Below the pieces are notes generated by a model. It worked only from the letters and a program-made list of their open reading frames with translations. It did not search any database and was not told the DNA's origin. A DNA stretch of 64,000 nt from Octopus vulgaris (Eukaryota), in NCBI GenBank assembly GCA_951406725.2, contig OX597814.1, positions 128,898,001-128,962,000 on the forward strand, written 5' to 3'. Numbering within the stretch: the stretch's first letter is position 1; every line of letters starts with the position of its first letter. This document shows positions 24,570-38,456 of this stretch, one piece after another. A program made the translations under genes and the position numbers.

Positions 24570-24992
24570 ACAGGCACAGGTATGGCTGTGTAGTTAAGCT
24601 TTCTTTCCCACTGTGTGGTCTTGGATACAGCCCTACCGCATAGTGCCTTAGGTATTTATTTATTACTATAACTCCAGGCCAACCAAAGACTTGTGAATGG
24701 TTTTGGTAGAAAGAAACTAAAAGAAGTCCATCATGTGTGTGCGTGTGTATGAGTGTACCATTGTCTATACATTATATAATGGTATACATTATATAATGGC
24801 TTTAAAAGAACATCACTATCATATGAGTGATGTTGTTTACTTCCAGTCTTCTATGTAAAACATGTTTCGTCATGGGAAATATTACCTTGCTTGATAACAT
24901 GATAACAAGAAGGGTCTCCAGCTGTAGAAATTCTGCTTCAACAGATTTTGTCTGACCCATGAAAGCATGGAAAAGTGGACATTAAATGATGA
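24570..24992 (+). mobile_element. Old SINE with family A-like head and RTE-derived 3' tail
   Basis: Ends gaagggtctccagctgtagaaa...acccatgaaagcatggaaaagtggacattaaatgatg, matching LINE 21550-21683. Similar copies near 10077-10450 (-), 17357-17575 (-) and 45560-45915 (+). Confidence 0.7.
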
Positions 24993-27900
24993 ATAATCAA
25001 TATGTTGTCACTGTTTCTTGCTGATATCACTTGAACATGTCATGGGAAAGACAGATGACTTAATAGTGCTGCTGTCAAGAAGCCATTTGGTCTCTTTTTT
25101 AAACATTTCCTTTGGTGGAGAAAAGTAAAGTGGTAGGAAACTCTCAAGAGAGCTGAACAGCAGGTCTTTAGAGAAGAAACCCACCATACGTAAGTGTTTT
25201 GGCCCTTCATTGAGTGGAGAAAAGCAGAGAAATTTAAGCACAAGGAACATCATAATCATCATCGTTTAATGTCCACTTTCCATGCTAGCATGGTTGGACA
25301 ATTTGACTGAGGGCTGGCAAACCAGATGGCTGCACCAATCTTGATCTGGCACAGTTTCTACAGCTGGATGCCCTTCCTAACGCCAACATTGTTATCAAAT
25401 CACTACATAGGTGGGAAAAATATGCAGGGTCATCAACATTAGAAAATGAGTAGCAGTAAAATTTGAAATTAAAATTTAGAATGATCCCAATTTAAGTATA
25501 AAGGTCACTCATTTAAGGAAATAAATTTTTGAGGAATATATGTTACTCAAATCATTTATATATACTTTATCTGAGAAAATATTCACTTAAGATATTTGAA
25601 ACATGGAAACATGAAGAAAGAGTTTTAAATTGACTAGCCAGGCCAAATTCAAGATGTTGCCAAGCTGAGTGGAGTGAGAGATTCTTGCAAACATCCTTAT
25701 CTATAAAATTGGCAACACTATCAGGACCAAGTCAAGAATCAATATACAAGATATTGGTTTGCTGATAGTAACTGTTCTCAAGTTTATTTCCTTGATGTGC
25801 TGTTGTTGTATTGAGGACCGTAAATACTTTATTGTGCTCTTTCTTAGCCAACATGCTCATGAAAAATGTCCTGCCTTTTCATTGTTGCATCAAATTTTGT
25901 TCTTTTCTGAAAAAAAACAAAAACAATGCCTTCATGGTAAGGGGGAGCTTGCTTCTGAACCACATAGTTTTGGGTTCAGTCCTATTGTGTGACACCTTGG
26001 GCAAAATCTTCTACTTTAGCCTTGGGCCAACCAAAATCTTGTGAGTGGATCTGGTCAACTGAAACTAAAAAAAGCCTGTCATGTATATATATATATATAT
26101 ATATGAGACAGTATGTGGTGTTCCATTAAATAATAAGTTAAAAAACATAACTGCACAAATGAATGGAAAACTGGCATAGAAGGTTGCCAAATCCTCATCA
26201 GTTAGGTTAGTGGCTAAAGGATCAACACAATCTCATGTCTTCAAATGATAATATTGATCCCCTCTGCTAACAGAGAAAGAGAGAGAGATATAGTGTGTTT
26301 ATATCACCTTGTCTTGATACTGTCATACAATCAGTGTTATTTCAATTTCAAGATTCTATAAAAATATATCTGGGCATAGGAAAATATTTCCTTGCTTGGA
26401 AATGGGTGAAGGTTAGAGACAGGAAGGGCATGTTGAAAATCTGCCTCCATCTAACTAATCCAAGAACAGACATTAAGGAAGAAGTAACATTATGTTAAAG
26501 GAAGTGAACTTTTCTTTTATTACTGATTCAAAAAGGAAATTGAGAAGTTGGGAGGGTTAGCAAAACTTTTTATTTCTTTGAATAACTTCCAGGGAATAGA
26601 TTTCATTGATTGATTATATCAAATTCGATGAAGAATTATCAAGAGATTTTTATAAAATATGGTAAAATTAATTTCTGGAAATAAATGAATCTCTGAAGTT
26701 TTCCTCTTGATCAGCAGTTACAGCCTAAAATTGGCTGGTGGGGTTATGTAGAATTGTGATGTAAGATTCACTGTCTTCACCTCATTATTGTTCCCATGAC
26801 AGCAATTAGAATCTACAAAAGATTTGTATTATGCTTTTTAATGAAGATGCAATTGGAATAACCATTGTGTTATTGTAGTTTGTGAAATCTAAACTATAAC
26901 TGGAGATCAAAGATAAGATGAAGTTAGTAAGCAGAGTGAATCTTTGTTATTGAGATAAGTCTGGGAATGCAGCAAGAATATTTAGGAATGTAAATTTCCA
27001 GTGTGTCTTTTGTGTTGATATCTGAAGAACCAGCAAAGAAAGAAATTTTATTGTATTTTACTGTGGAGAGACATGTCACAGAGTACTTTCCAGCTGTGAA
27101 AAGAATTATTTTCAAACATTTAAGCTAAATAAATTTTTGTACAACAAAAGAGATATGTACTAAAATATCTTATGTTTATACATGGTGAATGGAATATGAA
27201 TAAATTCAAAACTAAACTTCAAGTGCAAAAAATAAAAGAAATCAAGAACAAAAGATGGGGGTGAAAGCAATGATATATACAAAGTTGTAAATGGACAGCA
27301 AAATGAAACCTGGAAATAAATATTGATGACCAATATCAAGAGGTCACAATCAATCAACATGAGTACAAGATGCATATCTGCATGTTTAATATGAAAGGGG
27401 GGAAAAAAAAAGACCCGAAGGTCTAAAGGAATTAGCCTTTGTTTCAAATAGTTTTAAAATGACAGATTGCAGCAGTGAAACAAAAATTTTGACATCTCAG
27501 AAAATAAATGGCATATGAATTTTAACAGTTTTCTGTATTTGCTTTTTCAAAGAATAATATGGCTTCTTCCACGTGGCAACTGCTTCAATTTCAACATTCA
27601 GTATTAAAATGATGTTGCTTGTTAGATTTGTAAAATTCTGAATATCATTCAATGCAACCTACCCAACCATGTCATCTCTTTTTCCTCCTTCCTCTGTCTA
27701 TAGTATCATCACTATTGATCTGCTTTCCTCCTTTTTCTTTTTACACAATAACACATTCTCTCAACTTATGCATCATTGGTCAACCCCAACCCCTTATCCA
27801 GTATTCACTACATCCATCTTTCAACCCTCTCCAGTTTTTACATTTGTTACCTACCTCTTTTCACCCATTCCTTAATCTCTCACTATCACATACTCTTGCA

Positions 27901-28526
27901 GTCTTGCACTCATATTCCTGTTTCCTCTGTCCTCGCTCATCTGGTACTTCGAGGGTCCCTTCAGACAAATTGTCACCACTATTTTACCTTTTTCCTGTTT
28001 CACCTGGTCATTCTCACTCTCTCTTGTAAATGTGAGCAGTCATGTAGAGAGTGCCTCTACACCAAGACATGTGCTCTGCCTCCCTTTCTCATGCTTTAAT
28101 CTCTCATCTCCTAGCAAAAAAGCCATCCCCTCACCCTGGCATTTTGCCTGGCATGCTAACAATTCTGCCAGCTCACTGCCCTCTAATGGAATAATATTGA
28201 AGTATTGTATGCTCTTTCATCCTCTGTTCAGTCATAGACAAAAGATATCTCAACATAAGGGGGGGGAAACTGGCCACATCTGGCTAAAATATTCAACCTG
28301 TTTTAGGTTCAAACTGACCAGATCTTGCCTATCATACCTACCCTATAATGTCATTTTAAAAATAGTCACATTGAAATCTTGAAGATACACAATAATGCAT
28401 TTACATTCCAAGCAATTTAGATAAGCATTACATTTGACAAAATAATCTAAAGGATTAAGGATCTTTTGTTTTTGGATTTGGTTTGCAAGATTCTTTATAT
28501 GAGTTCGTGTGTTGAAGCATATTCTG

Positions 28527-28696
28527 TTGTGTCAGGGGAGAGTCATTTTCTTTTTGTGTCTTATAATTTAACACACTCACCGGTAAAATTTCCATGAAAA
28601 TTTTAGCAAAATAAAAATAAGAAATAAGTGGAAATTTTACAGGTGAGTGTATTACATTATAAGGCACAAAAAGAAAATGACTCTCCCCTGACACAA
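28527..28696. repeat. Palindromic fold-back repeat (arms of about 68 bp), probable MITE core
   Basis: ttgtgtcaggggagagtcattttctttttgtg...aatttcca / tggaaatt...cacaaaaagaaaatgactctcccctgacacaa. Confidence 0.8.
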
Positions 28697-30052
28697 GAGA
28701 TTAAGGATCTGTTTCATGGCATTAAAAGGAGATTAATTTTCCCCTGGAGAGGCTGCTAGCCACCAAAGACTGTTTGAGATGATATGATACTTATTTCTTA
28801 CTGTACATAGAATTAAGTGTAGCTAAAAATGCTTTAAAAAATTGTTTATAATGAATTTCAAATCAAGGCCAGTAGTTTAATTTTATATCCACTAAGCAAT
28901 TTCATTTGTGTGTGTAAATGTGCTTGTATGTATATGTGTGTGTATATGCATATATATGTACATATCTATATAAGAGTGATAAATATATATAGATATCATT
29001 ATAGATTTATAGGTAGATATGTCATATATTACAAATGTGTAAACACATCTGTATATGTATGAGTTGGTGTGTATACGCATGAACAAATATAAGAAGTCTA
29101 AAACCTATTTAATTGCCAAAGCTATTTCTGTGTTAGATGCTTTCAGAATTATATAAACACTTAGAACTTCTACTTCATTATTTCAAGTCATTTGAAAATC
29201 TGCCTTCTAACCAAATTTTATTCTCTTGCCTTCTATATAAATATTTCCTTTTCAATGTTAACACTCTCTAGTTTTAGAGACTGTTAAGATCTTCACTTTG
29301 AAATCAACCATGTTTCATTTTAATTCTGAATTCAGTGACTTACTTCTACAAGTGAGAAATCTCTCTCCATTTCAGTTAGATTTCAATGGTTCATAACATA
29401 ATCGTCAGGAAATTTTTAATGTATTTTTATATTGAACTTTATCAAGAGATCAGTGTGTTTTAATGTTGGAAAACTGCTGGAAATAAATAACTTTAAAATA
29501 AAATAGTGAAAATGGTTGGGTCTTAATGTTGTGGGTTATTGTTTGTAAGAGATTTGTTTAAATCATATTTCTGAGCTTAGTGTATCATAAAGGGTTGAAC
29601 CATACACATATTTATGATATTTTAATATAATGATATAGGAGTAAATTCTCACTAGACATCATTCATCTTTGAGTTTTAGTGCTCTAGTCAATGACCTGAG
29701 ATTATTGTTACTTAATGTAACAGTTTTCTGAAGCAATTGTATATATAGTCAATAACTATATATACATGAGTATGTATGTGTATATATGTATAAAAGCAAA
29801 TAACATTTGGAGTAGTTATATATTAAGCTGTAAAGTAAGCACTCACACAATGTAAGAAACCATTTTAACTTTAACTCAAAGAGGCAAACATTGAACAATT
29901 CTTAAAAATCAAATAAAGGAATGAATGACAATTTTAATTTTAAAAATACATTGAAATGAATTGGTGCATCAAAATCACAATAAAATTGGAAATAAGCAAT
30001 GCAATGAAAGGAGGAAGAATCTCTTTGGCAGATGTGGTGACAACTCTGGACA

Positions 30053-30433
30053 TACTCTTTTACTCTTTTATTTGTTTCAGTTATGTGAGTGTGGCTATAC
30101 TGGAGCACCACCTTTAGTCGAGCAAATCGATCCAAGGACTTATTCTTTGTTAGCCTAGTACTTATTCTATCAGTCTATTTTGCCGAACTGCTAAGTTACA
30201 GGGACGTAAACACACCAGCATCGGTAGTCAAGCGATGTTGGGGGGACAAACACACACACATATACACATACGATGGGCTTCTTTCAGTTTCCGTCTACCA
30301 AATCCACTCACAAGGCTTTGGTCGGCCCGAGGCTATAGCAGAAGACACTTGCCCAAGGTGCCATACAGTGGGACTGAACCTGGAACCATGTGATTCGTAA
30401 GCAAGCTACTTACCACACAGCCACTCCTATGCT
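30053..30433 (-). mobile_element. SINE family A
   Basis: Full-length homology to family A. Confidence 0.9.
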
Positions 30434-30669
30434 TGTTTAGATATTATTAGCTCTCCTCAACAAAATGTAATGTGTCTTGTCACACCAATAGAAAGGAATA
30501 AAATATTGAACAATATTGGTATAGGCATGATTATGTGATTTAGAAGTTCACTTCCTGGTCACATTGTTTCAGGTTTAGTTCCACTGTGTGGCGCCTTAGG
30601 GCAGTGTCTCTTGCTATAGTCTTGGACTAATCAAAGCTGTGATAGATGAGTGAGAGGTATGAGGTGTAC

Positions 30670-31025
30670 TCTCTCTTTTTACTCTTTTACTTGTTTCAGT
30701 CATTTGACTGCAGCCATGCTGAAGCACCACCTTTAGTTGAGGAAATTGACCCTAGGACTTATTCTTTGTAAGCCAAGTACTTATTCTATCAGTCTCTTTT
30801 GCCGAACTGCTAAGTTACAGGGACGTAAACACACCAGCATCGGTTGTCAAGCAATGTTGGTGGGGAAAAACACAGACACACACATATACATATATGATGG
30901 GCTTCTTTCAGTTTCCATCTACCAAATCCACTCACAAGGCTTTGGTCAGCCTGAGGCTATATAGTAGGTGGGACTGAACCCAGAACCATGTGGTCGATAA
31001 GCAACTTACCACACAGCCACTCCTG
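30670..31025 (-). mobile_element. SINE family A
   Basis: Homology to family A, with a small internal deletion. Confidence 0.88.
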
Positions 31026-31323
31026 TGTGTGTGTACATGCACAGATACTTGATCGTTTACCCAGTTTCCATTGACCAAATTTCACTCTGAAGCTTCTGAT
31101 CAACACTGAGCTTTGTCAGAAGAAACCTAGCCTAAGTGCCATACATTAGAAACAGATTTGGGAGCAGGCAAGGCTGTACAGTAAGAAGTTTGCTGCTTCC
31201 CAACCACATGATTCCAGGTTCAGTCCCACTGTGTGACACCTTGGGCATGTCTCTTCTACATTAGCCTCAGGCCAACCAAAACCTTGTAAGTGGATTTGGT
31301 TCATAGAAACTGAAAGAAGCCTC

Positions 31324-31921
31324 AAGGTGACAAGGTAGCAGAAACGTTAGTACGCCGGGCAAAATGCTTGGCAGTATTTTGCCTGCCACTACGTTCTGAG
31401 TTCAAATTCCTCTGAGGTCAACTTTGCCTTTCATTCTTTCAGGGTTGATTAAATAAATACCAGTTACGCACTGGGGTCAATGTAATCGACTTAATCCGTT
31501 TGTCTGTCCTTGTTTGTCCTCTCTGTGTTTAGCTCCTTTTGGGTAGTAAAGAAATAGGTATTTCGTTTGCTGTTACATTCTGAGTTGAAATTCCATTGAG
31601 GTTGACTTTGCCTTTCATCCTTTCGGGGTTGATTAAAAAAAGTACCAGTTATGCGCTGGGGTCGATGTAATCGATTTAGTCTCTTTGTCCTTGTTTGTCC
31701 CTTCCATGTTTAGCCCCTTATGGGTAGTAAAGAAATAGGTATTTCATCTGCCATTACGTTCTGAGTTCAAATTCTGCTGAGGTTGACTTTGGCTTTCATC
31801 CTTTCGGGGTCGATAAATTAAGTACCAGTTATGCACTGGGATCGATATAATCAACTTAATCCCTTTGTCTCTCTTTGTTTGTCCCCTCTATGTTTAGCCC
31901 CTTGTGGGCAATAAAGAAATA
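31324..31921 (+). mobile_element. SINE family B trimer inserted in a family A-type SINE
   Basis: Junctions at about 31557 and 31737; TSD agaaactgaaagaa(g/a)cct. Confidence 0.88.
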
Positions 31922-33424
31922 AGAAACTGAAAGAAACCTGTCAGGAGTGTGTCTGTGGTTGTCCACTATCACCACTTGAAAACTAGTGTTGGTGTATTAA
32001 TGTCCTCATAACTTAACAATTTGACAAAAGAGAATGATAGAATGGGATTTATACATTCAACTAAAATTCTTCAAGGTGGTGTCCCAGCATGACTGCAGTC
32101 TAGACTGAAACCAGCATAAGATAACTGATAAGATGTGAAGCAAACTCCCTAACCCCTGCTTGTATCCCAAAGGTTGCTTAACAGCACTGAGGTTTCCCTA
32201 ATAGCCAACCTTCTAATTATTAATCAGGCTTAACATTGCTTGACTCTGTTGATCAAACAAGAGATAATTTTTCATGGTGATAGGGATAAGATTTTAATAT
32301 ATGTGATATTAATATAATAAGCATCAATTTGAGAACCCAGCAGCCTACTGATGGCTTGTTTGGCAAATAACAGATACATCATTTTGATTTTCATTAATGA
32401 ACCAGTTATTCTTTATAGGTCTCAAATTGACACACATTATGTCTGTGTGTACACACAGACACAAATACACGTTCAATACACACATACACATAGTTATACA
32501 TACGCATACATATTCGTTTATTTTTGCTCGCAGAGACATATATATTTAATTTGAAATGGTAGCTGGTTGATTGAAATGCTTGCCTCCTGCTGAAAAGAAT
32601 AGGGATAACAATGATGCTGATGATAACAACAACAGCATAGGATACAACCAGCCATTCATTACACAACTCTAATTCAGTGTTAACACAGAAACATTCTATA
32701 GTTTGATAGGTGGAGAGAGAAATACACTGTAATATTGAAATTATTTCATTTTATTTTCTGTATTTATTTAATTATTTATTAAAATTTTCATTGAAAAATT
32801 TGCTTGTTTGTTTATTAACAAATTTATTTATATTTAGTTATTTTTATATTTAGTTATTTTTATATTTATTTCTATTTCTATTTATTTATTTATTAATGTA
32901 TTCCTTTCATAGTGCGCCTGCATTGTTTGGTTTGACAACTGGCACTCTGTGAACAGTTCTCTCAATAGCTCTGATAAACTGACTGCAAAGGTATATTTGA
33001 TTAGTTAGTTGTTCACTTGATTCATAACCAACAGATTAACTCAATCCAAAGCTTTCTGGTTGAAATTGCAGGATACTGGCTGAGCTGGACATCGTTTTCA
33101 TGGCTGACTGATTAAACACATTTTCTAGCCTTTTGCGAAGAGAGGGAAAGAAAGTAAGAAAGAGACAAGGTATACTGCATATATGCAGAAAGAGTGGAAG
33201 ATAGAGATGGGTCTCTATGTGTACATACAAACACATGCACACACACACATACAGTGAGAGAGTGTGTGTGTGTGTGAGATAATGGTGTTTGTGCATGTGC
33301 ATGTATAAAGATAGTGAAAGGGATTGATTTAATGTAGATATATATACACACACAATCATAAAATTTACAGAAAGAGTGAGTGACAGTGAAAGAGAAAACG
33401 GGTGTAGGGGCATGTGTTTACATA

Positions 33425-33473
33425 TACAGGGAGAAAGAAAAAGAGACAGATTTGCCTGCATCTTTCTGTAGAT

Positions 33474-33512
<39 letters not shown>

Positions 33513-33565
33513 CATACATACAGGGAGAAAGAAAAAAAGAGAGATTTTCCTGCATCTTTCTGTAG

Positions 33566-33596
<31 letters not shown>

Positions 33597-33725
33597 CATA
33601 CAGGGAGAAAGAGAGATTTGCCTGCATCTTTCTGTAGATATATATATATATATACACATACAGGGAGAAAGAAAAAAAGAAAGAGATTTACCTGCATCTT
33701 TCTGTAGATATATATATACATACAC
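33425..33725 (+). repeat. Minisatellite: four copies of an about 45-bp unit separated by variable (TA)n
   Basis: tacagggagaaaga...agattt(g/t/a)cctgcatctttctgtagata repeated four times. Confidence 0.9.
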
Positions 33726-34974
33726 ACTGAAAGAAAAAGCAAGTGTGTGTGTGTAAACACATACAAGGAGGGAATGGTAAATACATACACTGTTATATAC
33801 AGAAAGAGGGAGATATGGTGAGAGAGAAATGTAAAGAAACAGTAACAGAGATAGAGTACACATACACTGCAAAAATATATGCACACAGGTATGTGTGCAT
33901 GTGTGTGAGTGTAAGTATGCATAAAGAGAGAGAATGGGGTTGGGAGCAAACCTTGTTTTGCATAAAGTTCTCTTTGTAGTAAAAGCAACAAGACATGACA
34001 AATTATTGAAATTATAGCCATCTATAGGTTGTTTCTCAAAGAGAAACCTATATTTGTGAATAGATTGGTAATAAATCACCAATTGGCATAATAGGAACGC
34101 ATAAATGGATTTATGTGTTTTGATATTTTTCTAGAATTATTTCAGTAAAGCAATTACTATCTACAGTAATGTTTCTGCTCTGATATTGCAGATCTTGTGC
34201 CTGTTTTGTCAGACTGCTGTTTTTGCAATACTATATGCATCTCACCAAAAATATATGCTTAGTATAAATAATATAGAAAATCTTACTGGTTTTTATATTG
34301 TCTGGATAGATGGATATATGTTTATTAAGAAATTTACACAGGTGTGTTTGTGTGCATATAAATGCAAGGAAGCAGGTGTGTGAATGTATTTGTGATGTAT
34401 GTACGCCTGACTGAACAAATGAAATGGGAAGTCTATTAACCAATTTAATGTTGTGCTGTTTGTATGTTTTCTCTTGCAGCTCATTTGGTTAGTAAGAGAA
34501 GTGGGCAATTTATGATATCTATGTTAAGAAGAGGATGTTAGTTCAGCTAAAAAAGATGAGCTGTTAATATGGATAGAACAAAAAATTAAAGAAGCTAACA
34601 GATTTTTCTCTCATTTTCTTCAATGTTTGAACAAACATGTATTCAGAAAATACACATTTTTTTCATTTTTGCTTTTTCTTTTTTATCTTGTTTTATTCAT
34701 TGGACTGCTGCCATGCTGGAGCACTGCTGTGATGGGTTTAGTCAAATATTTTTAAGGTCTGGTACTTATTCTATTACTCTTTTTTGCTGACCAGCTTAGT
34801 TATAGGAGCATAAACAAATATCAGTTTTCAAGCAGTGGCAAGGAACAAATACAAAGACACATGCATGTGTGTGTGTGTCTTCTACCTGACCAGCTCCTGT
34901 CAAACTGTCCAACCCGTGCCTGCATGGAAGATGGACATTAAACGATAATGATGATGATGATATACATGATGCTT

Positions 34975-35358
34975 TTTTCTTTTTACTGGTTTCGGTCATT
35001 TGACTGCGGCCATGCTGGAGCACTGCCTTTAGTCAAGCAAATCGACCCCAGAATTCATTCTTTGTAAGCCTAGTACTTATTCTATTGGTCTCTTTTGCCG
35101 AACTGCTAAGTTACGGGGACGCAAACACACCAGCATTGGTTGTCAAGCGATGCTGGGGGAACAATCACAGACACACAAACACATATACATATACGCAATG
35201 GGCTTCTTTCAGTTTCCATCTACCAAATCCACTCACAAGGCTTTGGTCGGCCCGAGGCTATAGTAGAAGACACTTGCCCAAGGTGCCACATAGTGGGGAA
35301 AGAACCCGGAACCATGTGGTTGGTAAGCAAGCTACTTACCACACAGCCTCTCCTGTGC
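34975..35358 (-). mobile_element. SINE family A
   Basis: Full-length homology to family A. Confidence 0.9.
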
Positions 35359-35959
35359 CTTTATGTATGTTTGATATATATATTTGTGTGTAAATTCAAT
35401 ATAGCAATATCTTCACCTTACTGCAACTTGACGGTACACCCTGTCAGATTTTCACCATTTTTCTTTCCCAGCTGGGGTAACTATATATCTTCCTGTTTCT
35501 AACCCTATCGCATACTTTAGCCACTCATCATCTGGTATAAAGCCACTGCTCTCTCTCAGTTCAGGTCTTGTCTTGCAAGTTACTTGGTGACCTCGCTAAC
35601 CCTGGTGCCATGTATAAAAAGAAAAAATCAAAAACACCCAGTACACTCAGCAAAGTTGTTGACGTCATGAGGGGCATTTAGCCATAGAAACCATGCGAAA
35701 GTAGATATTGGAGTTTGGTGCAGTTCTCTGGATTTTCAGCTTCTGTCAAACCATCCAACTCTTGCCAGTGTGGAAAGTGGACCATTAAATAGTGATGATG
35801 ATGATGAAATACAGACTATATGCAATAATGGGAAAAACTTTGCACATAAAATATATTGTTCTAAGAACTTGACAGCTATGCGTGGACTGTGTCACTGAAG
35901 AAATGTAATAATACCAAAACATGTCATGAATTATTAACTTAACTGCTGAACAGAAGTTT

Positions 35960-36017
<58 letters not shown>

Positions 36018-36923
36018 ATTCACTCACCTTTATCTAACTTTTGGTTGAATAAATGTTCAGGATTTCTCTCCCTTGCTCCTTTTGAGATAAATTTTCATTG
36101 ATACTAATGATTTTTCCTCATGCAGTTACAGTTCAAACTGATAAAATTATTTCTTGTTCAGCACCCAAAGTATGGTGCAATGCACTTAACTATACATCCA
36201 TTTAATAGTTACACTCTTGCATAATAATTGCAAACAATGCCTTAGGATATTGTATACTCTATAGCACAACAGCAACATGATAGCATGGCTATTGTGCTGA
36301 ACAACAGATCATATCAGATGGTAAATGGAGGACTGAGATGCCTGGCACAGCATTGTGAGACACGTCTCAATTGCAGCCACTTGAAGAATAAGATTATTAT
36401 TATACACTAAATATATTAATCATATTTAGATGAACTTTCAGTTAACTTGTCATTTTTATGGCAGCTTTCTTCACTGATTAATTTTAATTTTATCTTCATA
36501 AAGTACACATTCCAAAATGAAATTCATCTCAATTATTTCTTTGCTATTTGTTTCCCAGCTTGATCATGTAAATTATAAATATATATTATTTACATATATG
36601 TGTATGTGTGTGAGTGGTTTTGTGCCTTGTGCATCTGTTCATTTTATAGAATAGTTTTTTTCTTCTCCATCAAGTTTTGTCTTCCTACTAAGTTATCTTT
36701 TACCAAATCTCTACTATTTAAATCTGATAACTATTACATGCACCATGCACACATGCATTTATACTCTCTCTCTCTCTCTCTCTCTCTCTCGCACACACAC
36801 ACTGAAAACCTCTTCCATTCACCTCTGGTCACTGACATGCACTTCTCACACCCTCCACTAAACACTTCATCCAATTCTTCTTCCTCATAACTGTGACCCT
36901 CTAACTTCTTCTCCTTTCTTTTC

Positions 36924-37148
36924 ATATTTCTTTATTACCCACAAGGGGCTAAACATAGAGGGGACAAACAAGGACAGACAAAGGGATTAAGTCAATTACA
37001 TTGACCCCAGTGCTTAACGAGTACTTAATTTATCGACCCTGAAAGGATGAAAGGCAAAGTCAACCTCAGTGAAATTTGAACTCAGAACGTAACGGCAGAC
37101 GAAATACCGCTAAGCATTTCACCCGGCATGCTAATGTTTCTGCTAGCT
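36924..37148 (-). mobile_element. SINE family B monomer
   Basis: Homology to other family B copies; TSD ctcctttcttttc. Confidence 0.85.
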
Positions 37149-37539
37149 CTCCTTTCTTTTCTAACAAACATCAACCAATAGATTTTAAGGCTCAACATGA
37201 ACCATTTTGATCACACTAAGCAGACAATGATTGTAGGCCCTACTTCCCTTCCCATCTCTCACAGTTTTATATATAAACTAAACCTCATCACATTTCCATG
37301 TTGTAATAAGGTGGGAGGCTGAGTATAGTCAAAACTGCTTGGATATACCATCAAGCATCCCAGTTTAAGATCTTGCTTACTCACTCTTGGCCTTGTCCAT
37401 GTTTTCAAGTATTGAAGCCAGTAGCAATATAAATTAAACATAAATTTATTGTACTAGCCCCTAATACCACAGGCATCTACATCAGGACGGTTTGAGAAGT
37501 CAATGAGCATGCCTGAATCCTCCATACATACACGTCACA

Positions 37540-37910
37540 TATCTGTATCAGCACAGTCTTCTCTCTTGCATATAACATAATATTCCTCTCATGTCCTTCT
37601 TCACTTTCTGTTTATTTGTGTCTTATCATTAATGTACATTGTGATAACACATGCAGCAGAGAAAGAATGCTTGCTTTATTTTTTTCTAGCATTCACAACA
37701 CTTCCACATTCGAAGCTCATATCTTGTTTCCATGCAACATTGCTCTTTATACACATCATGTTGTCTCCTTTTGCTCTGAAGGAGAAACCTTTATCAGTGG
37801 GAGCAGTTGCATGCTGAAATTTTTCTACCCAGTTCTTACTCTGGTTATTATATTTTCAGAACTTCTTCGCCTCTGTTAAATACATAGCAAAAACTATCAA
37901 CTACTTCTGG
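37540..37910 (-). mobile_element. Degraded RTE LINE fragment
   Basis: Reverse complement resembles about 20280-20650 (gaagtagttgatagttt, atgttgcatggaaac, tgcaagagag). Confidence 0.6.
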
Positions 37911-38024
37911 AGAACCTGCTAAGAAAAATATTTCATGTATTGGCCTGACTCTCCATCAGTTACAACGAGTGTTCCAGTTGATCTAATCAATGGAACAGAC
38001 TGCTCCTTGAATAAAATATCTACT

Positions 38025-38182
38025 TAGGAGTGGCTGTGTGGTAAGTAGCTTGCTTACGAACCACATGGTTCCTGGTTCAGTCCCACTGTGTGGCACCTTG
38101 GGCTCGTGTCTTCAACTATAGCCTCAGGCCAACCAAAGCCTTGTGAGTGGATTTGGTAGACGGAAACTGAAAGAAGCGCATC

Positions 38183-38227
<45 letters not shown>

Positions 38228-38456
38228 ATGTGTGCATGTGTGTGTGTGTTTGTGTGTCTGTGTTTGTCCCCCAACATCGCTTGACAACTGATGCTGGTCT
38301 GTTTACGTCCCCGTAACTTAGCAGTTCGGCAAAAGAGACTGATAGAATAAGTACTAAGCTTACAAAGAATAAGTCCTGGGGTCGATTTGCTCGACTAAAG
38401 GCGGTGCTCCAGCATGGCCACAGTCACATGACTGAAACAAGTAAAAGAGTAAAAGA
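38025..38456 (+). mobile_element. SINE family A
   Basis: Full-length homology to family A. Confidence 0.9.

Noticed and set aside
25540-27120. Stretches with a coding-like feel (possible transposase or pseudogene decay)
   Set aside because: Stops in all frames and no motif I can identify with confidence.
33425-33725. CRISPR-like repeat-spacer appearance
   Set aside because: Spacers are (TA)n, there are no cas genes, and the context is eukaryotic.
33036-34082. 348-aa and overlapping ORFs
   Set aside because: They are translations of a minisatellite and TA/CA/CT microsatellites with low-complexity YI/CV/HT content.
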